Source of the DNA: Candidatus Thorarchaeota archaeon
GTDB lineage: Archaea; Asgardarchaeota; Thorarchaeia; Thorarchaeales; Thorarchaeaceae
Reading direction: 5' to 3'
Assembly (NCBI GenBank): GCA_048884965.1
Contig: JBHLQH010000001.1
Coordinates: forward strand, 32,001-96,000
Length of the DNA: 64,000 nt
Shown: in pieces, positions 58,497-64,000 of the stretch
How the letters are laid out: each line of letters begins with the position of its first letter
Numbering within the stretch: position 1 is the first letter of the stretch
The notes under the pieces: generated by a model
What the model saw: only the letters and a program-made list of their open reading frames with translations
Databases searched by the model: none
Told to the model about the DNA's origin: nothing
Translations under genes and position numbers: made by a program

Positions 58497-60948
58497 CTAT
58501 CCATAGTAATAGTCAGACACACTTGATGGTGCTCCTCCAGCACGGTTCCTACAGATTATACTGCTGAGAATTACAATGACCACTAGACTACCGATTGTGA
58601 TACTGATTATTAGAATATCACCTCCAAATGGAAGTGCGACCTCTAGCAGACTCACATATACGGTGTCTGAGTCATAGTTTCCTGAAGTATCCCAAACGAC
58701 GACAGTGATGTTGTAGATACCAGGGACTAAGTCCGCAGACAGAACATAGGTAAGATTCTCTCCACTTGTCCAAGTACCACTTGAAACCAAAGTGCCATTT
58801 TGGTATATCTCATAGTTGAACGGAAGTAGGTCCGTTGGTTGCCATGTGATATCAATGCTAGGTGTACTGATATCTACTTCGAAATCAGGTGGATGATTGA
58901 GTATCGGGTTTGTAGTATCAACGACAGTAACAGTTACTGAGTCAATGGCCACATTATCGTAATCATCAACGACCTCAATGGTATAGATATACGTTCCAAT
59001 GTCCAATCCATCAATGTCGATGCTTATCGTTCCATCTGCCCAAGTACTTGTCTGAATTATCTCTGAATCCAAACTTATGGAATACGTATCCGGATTGAGA
59101 TCTGATAGAGTCCAAGAGATACCATTACCAGATGAACCATATTCATATTCGATATTCTCCGGCGAGCTCGTCACTGGTTCAGTGGTGTCTACAACTGTCA
59201 CGATCACTGTATCTTTAGCCCAATTGCCTGAAGTATCTGTCACAACTATTGTGAAATTATACTCATCTATGGCTAATCCATCGATATCAAGCACTATAGA
59301 CCCTGATGACCACGAAATGCTGGGATTGGGAGATCCATCTATGTAGATGGTATACTCATCTGGATAGATATCTGAAGATGTCCAGATAATAGAATGTCCT
59401 GTGGTTCCATACTCATAGATAATATCCAGTGGATGCCCCAATGTTGGTTCTGTGGTGTCAAGCACCGTTACAAACACGGTGTCTACGAGTCTTATGCCGC
59501 CCGCACCATTTACAACAGCTGTATAGTTGTAAACGCCTGGAGATAGATTGTCGATATCTTGCACAAGCTGAGTACCACCTGGCCATGGTCCTGATCGCAG
59601 GAGACCTCCTTCCATGTATACTTCAAAGGATGTAGGAGTAAATTTAGCAACTGTCCAAATCAGATCATGTCCCGTTGTACCTGCTTCATATTCAGCATCC
59701 TCTGGTGAGTCTATCGCAGGTTGTGATGATTCGATTTGTGAAATGCACTGGTAGTTGAGGTATATCTCATCAACAAACATTGGGGACAGTGGATCAGACG
59801 AAAAGCGAGAACTTGCTATGGCAATGTAAAAGATCTCTCGATTAAAATCTGCGTCAGAGAGTCCAGCAAGGATATCTTGTCCAACTCCCTCAACACCGAC
59901 CATTAATCCAAGCTCTGTGTAGCTGACATTCATCATTCCTCCAAAGTATGTCCACGTTACTGGATATCCTGATCCATAGCTTGTACGAGACTCATTTTCA
60001 AAGACATAGCTAATCCCATATGCCCCTTGAGAATAATCTACCCAACCATCGGAGAAGCTGAAGAATAAAACAGGATTTCTATTCTGGTCCCCTAGCATCA
60101 CCATTTGATATCCCACGTATGATGCAACTGAATTATCTACCTCGAAGATAGCTGAGAGGTTATTGATATCTCTTACACGTAGTTTGTTTGGTAATTCGTA
60201 TTCGAATACAGGACCATGATATCCAGTTCCTGTTGGGATGTCTGAAATTGATAGAACGGATCCATCTGAAGATAGTGTTCCTCCTACCATATTCCATGGC
60301 ACCCATGAAATATTCCAGTCTTCATTGTAGACGAATCCAGTTGTATTCGAACAGTCATGATACCATGACAGGCTGTTGGGGTACCATACTCCATGATTTG
60401 GTTCATTGGCTATCCATTTTCTGATGTAAACATCATCAATCCAAGATTGGTACGCATTATTGCCATAGAAAACTAGTGATTTTAGTGTTGTAGAATTGAT
60501 GGTCCAAGAATCATAGACCTCTCTCATAGTAATCTGACCCATAAGTGCACTATCTTTCCAAGCCCACATAGTTGAATTGGACATTTGCTGAGCTGCTTCA
60601 ACTCTGTGCCATGTATCATCTGCTACAAAGCTATTCTCGGGCCAGGGATTGTCTGAATTGCTGTAGTATGTGATATCATCCTCGAAGATGACCCCCCGAT
60701 GTACCCAGTGTGCCCGATTCATGGATTGCGTGTTTGGGGTCGAAAGGAGCTGTTTCATCCTGCGAAATCCAACCATCTACAGATGAGCAATCATCATGCC
60801 AAGTGTTCGTGCTTGGATGGAATGACTCTTCAAGCTGCTGATCTTCCCCCTCGATCGCAGAATTTCTCCAATCACTTGCAAAAATCGGTGTTGCCAAAAT
60901 TATTAAGAATATGATAGTCAGTAGATATTCTTTCTCATGCCCTCTCAT
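58497..60948 (-). pseudogene. Frameshifted cell-surface protein gene (signal peptide, beta-sandwich domains, 4 Ig-like repeats, C-terminal TM)
   Basis: The signal-peptide ORF (ATG 60948, stop 60676) and the 58497-60776 ORF differ by one base of frame, with the junction near a G6 run (60692-60697). DTT.P...P....YE.G repeats; C-terminal TM. Confidence 0.72.
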
Positions 60949-61014
60949 AATAGTCACACACACGAATTAGGAGAACATGGATATATTTGCTATGAGTCTG
61001 CTTTCCTGGTGTTC

Positions 61015-61524
61015 TTATCTATCCGTTGCCATCCTCAGACTCGCTCCAATCCGTGAGAGAAATTGACTTTCGTTCGGCAGCAAACCAACGAAAGAAAGCC
61101 TGTTGTTGATTGAGAATATAGGCGCAGAAGAACCGATGAATTCCGAGAATGCTGGTTCGTCAAGTGCTGAAGGATTTCCACTACCTCGAAGTGCCGCATT
61201 GAGCCATTCGCGCGCCTGTTCGATGTCATCTTTAGAACCATAGGATGCGATTCTGATACAGATGCTGTTCCCAAATTTCTCTTCTGCTTTCCTCAATAGC
61301 TGTTTAATTTTGATCATTGGATCCTTTATTCCAATAGGTATCACTATTTCATCAGCTGTTGATGTAGATGAATTCAGAGGAGTAGACGAATCACCACAAG
61401 AATCCGATTCCTCAAAAGCCGGATCCTCTTCTATTATTCCGATTCCCGGAATTGGCGGGAAGACGATGATTGTCACTTCCTCAAGACACTCTTCATCTGT
61501 CATAATCTCAATCATCGATACCAA
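61015..61524 (-). CDS. Hypothetical protein, thioredoxin-like fold (ArsD-like layout)
   Basis: C-terminal APIFSINNRLSFVG.LP cis-Pro/beta-hairpin pattern; no CxxC. Confidence 0.6.
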   Translation of the reverse strand: MVSMIEIMTDEECLEEVTIIVFPPIPGIGIIEEDPAFEESDSCGDSSTPLNSSTSTADEIVIPIGIKDPMIKIKQLLRKAEEKFGNSICIRIASYGSKDDIEQAREWLNAALRGSGNPSALDEPAFSEFIGSSAPIFSINNRLSFVGLLPNESQFLSRIGASLRMATDR

Positions 61525-61614
61525 TTGATATAGTATTATTGATACGATGATTTCTGCAAAGTTTTATTTTATCTGAAAGGCCAATCTTTAGTGCGGGTTT
61601 GGAGGTAAATCAGT

Positions 61615-62460
61615 ATGCACGCTGAAAATGATGGTTCGTTATCATCTCATTTAGTTCTTCAAGTGTACGGAGCTTCTGCAGCTTGTGTAAGGTCTCAACG
61701 TGACTCCATCATGGGCGTTGAAGCTGGCAAGAATGTTGTACGCTCGCCAGAAACAGGATTAGTCTTGGTTGATCCCGAGATATATTCAACCGCTAAATGT
61801 GGGGGTGATTTAGTATGTCCCGGCTCAACTGGAAGTGGAGAAGGTGAGCTTGTATGTCTGATAGTCATTGCCGTCCTGATGTCGGTCTTTGCAATTGTCT
61901 GGGCCGCGGTAATGATTACATTCTCGATTGTAACATTCGGAGGCTTCATTCGAAGAAGATATCGCACTCTTATTGAGATCCATAAAGAGAATAGAGAATT
62001 CCTTGGTAAGTTGGCCATTCTCTTGATTCGGAATGGTGGCGTATTGAAGTACTCTGTAGGTCGTTCCTATCACGACAACTGGGTACGTTCCACCTTTACC
62101 TCGTTCAAGAGAATGAAATACATTAGACAGGCAAGCCTCCTACTTGGGTTGATTTGGGGAATCATAGAAATCGCTTTCAAAGCCTATACCTTGGTTGATC
62201 ACCTATTCACCTATGATCTGTGGCCTTTCCGATATGTCATGATTCTGATCTTTGCACCGCTGATACTATACACTCCCGTGCTGGAATGGAGGTTCCGAGT
62301 AGCGTTCTCGGATGGGAAGGACATCGTTGAGCAGCTCATTCATGAAGAACCTCTCTTCAATCCTGATCACGCGATGCAATTCTCACAGAAACCTTCCGTG
62401 GTGACTATGCCCACTCGCATCAAATCACCCATAACGAGATTCGAGGACTTCGATTCGTAA
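61615..62460 (+). CDS. Hypothetical membrane protein (about 3 TM)
   Basis: 281 aa, GGAGGT RBS, hydrophobic segments, Cys/Gly-rich N-terminal part. Confidence 0.75.
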   Translation: MHAENDGSLSSHLVLQVYGASAACVRSQRDSIMGVEAGKNVVRSPETGLVLVDPEIYSTAKCGGDLVCPGSTGSGEGELVCLIVIAVLMSVFAIVWAAVMITFSIVTFGGFIRRRYRTLIEIHKENREFLGKLAILLIRNGGVLKYSVGRSYHDNWVRSTFTSFKRMKYIRQASLLLGLIWGIIEIAFKAYTLVDHLFTYDLWPFRYVMILIFAPLILYTPVLEWRFRVAFSDGKDIVEQLIHEEPLFNPDHAMQFSQKPSVVTMPTRIKSPITRFEDFDS

Positions 62461-62523
62461 TGGACAATCATTAAATGCCATAGACTGTTAGGTCTAGAGT
62501 ACTTTGGTGACTTTCCCTATGGA

Positions 62524-63897
62524 ATGAGAATGATGAGCTCGAGGAAGTTATTGATAGGCATTATCTTGGCTGGTTTGATCGCTTCAGGTCTTGTCATAGC
62601 CTTACAAATGGCTACGCTAGAACCTCCGGTGGAAACTGATGCTCCTCCCATACTATCTATCTCAGCACCCTTGGAACGTACTGTTATTTCAGGCGTTGTA
62701 GTCTTCGATGTAACAATCACCGACGAGGAGAATCTAACGGCGGATGTTTATATAAACGGTGAATTTCGGGCATCTTCAAATGACTATGCGTGGGACACAT
62801 CCCTAGACCCAGACGGACGCCACACTGTTCGGGTATTCGTGCAAGACAGCTCTGGGCAATCTGACAGCGACCATTTCGAAGTAAGCATCAATAATGTAGA
62901 AGAGCGACCCTCCTTTGATGGATTATTGAAGATAATGGCCTACAACATCAAAGAGTCTGGACTCAATGATGATTGGATAGAGATTATAAAACAGGAGAAT
63001 CCAGATATCGCGGTGCTTGTAGAAACTGGCACCTTTGATGACACTTCAAATGAGCTTCTAAACGCAGCTACAAGTGAATTGAATGCCTATTTCGAGGATG
63101 AATCTCCGTATGATGCATACACCGCTCAAAACGTCATTTATTCCACAACTGGTGAGGCGATACTCAGCAGATTCCCTGTGACTGCCTTCAACCAGATTGA
63201 TTTTGCTTCTCTTGATGATGGAACCAGATACTATGTCACTCATGATTTCATAGAAGCTGTGCTAGATATCAACGGAACCGACGTTCATGTCTTTGGTGCT
63301 CACCTGAAAGCTTCAGGAGGTGAGGCCAATCAAGAACGAAGGGAGGCTGAGATGGAAGGAATCCTCAACTATATTGATGAACTCGGGAATGTCCCTGTTC
63401 TTTACATGGGCGACCAGAACTCCTTTTCTCCAGATGACAATGGATCTTTAGCTCCATCCACAACGATGCTTCTTGGTTATGGTCCTATGACAATGCTGCT
63501 GTATCCAGATGACCCAAATTACGGAATCTATGCCTCCAAGTTGCATAACTTCACGGATGTTTTTCGCGAATTGAACCCCGAAGACCCCGGTTACACATTT
63601 GGAGGTCAAGACGGGACTCCCTATATGAGGATAGACTATATCATCGCCAATTCATTCTTTGATGGAATGTTCCTCAACTGCTCCGTAGTTGATGGTTCAG
63701 TTGCTGATTCAGCATCCGATCATTATGCTGTCACTGCTTGGCTGAATTTCTCATATGGCATCAATGAGAATCCTAGTTTGCAGGATGTGCTTAGTGAGGT
63801 CTCAGCTCATGTGTTTGGTCATTGCAATGATTATTCAAATCCTGACTCTGTTTCAATAGATGTCTTAGTCTGTCTACCTGCCGAAAAGAAGGGTTAG
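62524..63897 (+). CDS. Membrane-anchored endonuclease/exonuclease/phosphatase (EEP) with Ig-like domain
   Basis: N-terminal TM; Ig-like DTS...DG.H; EEP motifs MAYNI, PDI.VLVE, ILSRFP, HLK, MGDQN, RIDYI, SDH. Confidence 0.88.
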   Translation: MRMMSSRKLLIGIILAGLIASGLVIALQMATLEPPVETDAPPILSISAPLERTVISGVVVFDVTITDEENLTADVYINGEFRASSNDYAWDTSLDPDGRHTVRVFVQDSSGQSDSDHFEVSINNVEERPSFDGLLKIMAYNIKESGLNDDWIEIIKQENPDIAVLVETGTFDDTSNELLNAATSELNAYFEDESPYDAYTAQNVIYSTTGEAILSRFPVTAFNQIDFASLDDGTRYYVTHDFIEAVLDINGTDVHVFGAHLKASGGEANQERREAEMEGILNYIDELGNVPVLYMGDQNSFSPDDNGSLAPSTTMLLGYGPMTMLLYPDDPNYGIYASKLHNFTDVFRELNPEDPGYTFGGQDGTPYMRIDYIIANSFFDGMFLNCSVVDGSVADSASDHYAVTAWLNFSYGINENPSLQDVLSEVSAHVFGHCNDYSNPDSVSIDVLVCLPAEKKG

Positions 63898-64000
63898 GAG
63901 CTTTTGAAGCCCCTTGTATTATTATAGTCTAATTATCTGAAGGGGCTCTGACCATGTAATGATCCACGATATTCTTCTTCCTGACAAGCGGGATAAGAAG

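Noticed and set aside
63959-64000. Possible gene start MIHDILLPDKRDKK at the window edge
   Set aside because: Only 14 codons are visible, too little to support.

Overview
Gene-dense archaeal window. The gene style suggests an Asgard archaeon, probably Thorarchaeota (inference): giant Ig-repeat surface proteins, GGTG/GGAG ribosome-binding sites, frequent TTG/GTG starts and eukaryote-like winged-helix and TPR proteins. It holds about 44 CDS and no recognisable tRNA, rRNA, CRISPR array or transposase. Housekeeping and metabolic genes include purH (partial), a leuB/leuC/leuD-type operon, panB, glnA with a divergent Lrp, a HisJ-type phosphatase, a GH36 alpha-galactosidase, an M32 carboxypeptidase and MFS transporters. 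Five things stand out. (1) A cluster at 22.9-30.0 kb of three membrane-anchored proteins resembling eukaryotic ER/Golgi machinery: a Site-1-protease-like subtilase, a SERCA-like P-type ATPase with a remodelled ion site (PEGL->PINI, D800->H), and a co-transcribed TM-anchored UFL1/DDRGK1-like tandem winged-helix protein. (2) A carboxyltransferase/biotin-carrier/thiolase/DUF35/acyl-CoA dehydrogenase cluster whose thiolase lacks both catalytic cysteines. (3) A 4603-aa surface protein with an exact 315-bp repeat block and a domain inserted inside an Ig repeat. (4) A frameshifted or internally deleted surface-protein gene. (5) Several structured intergenic elements and candidate operators. Family assignments come from motif recognition and recalled reference sequences, not database searches.
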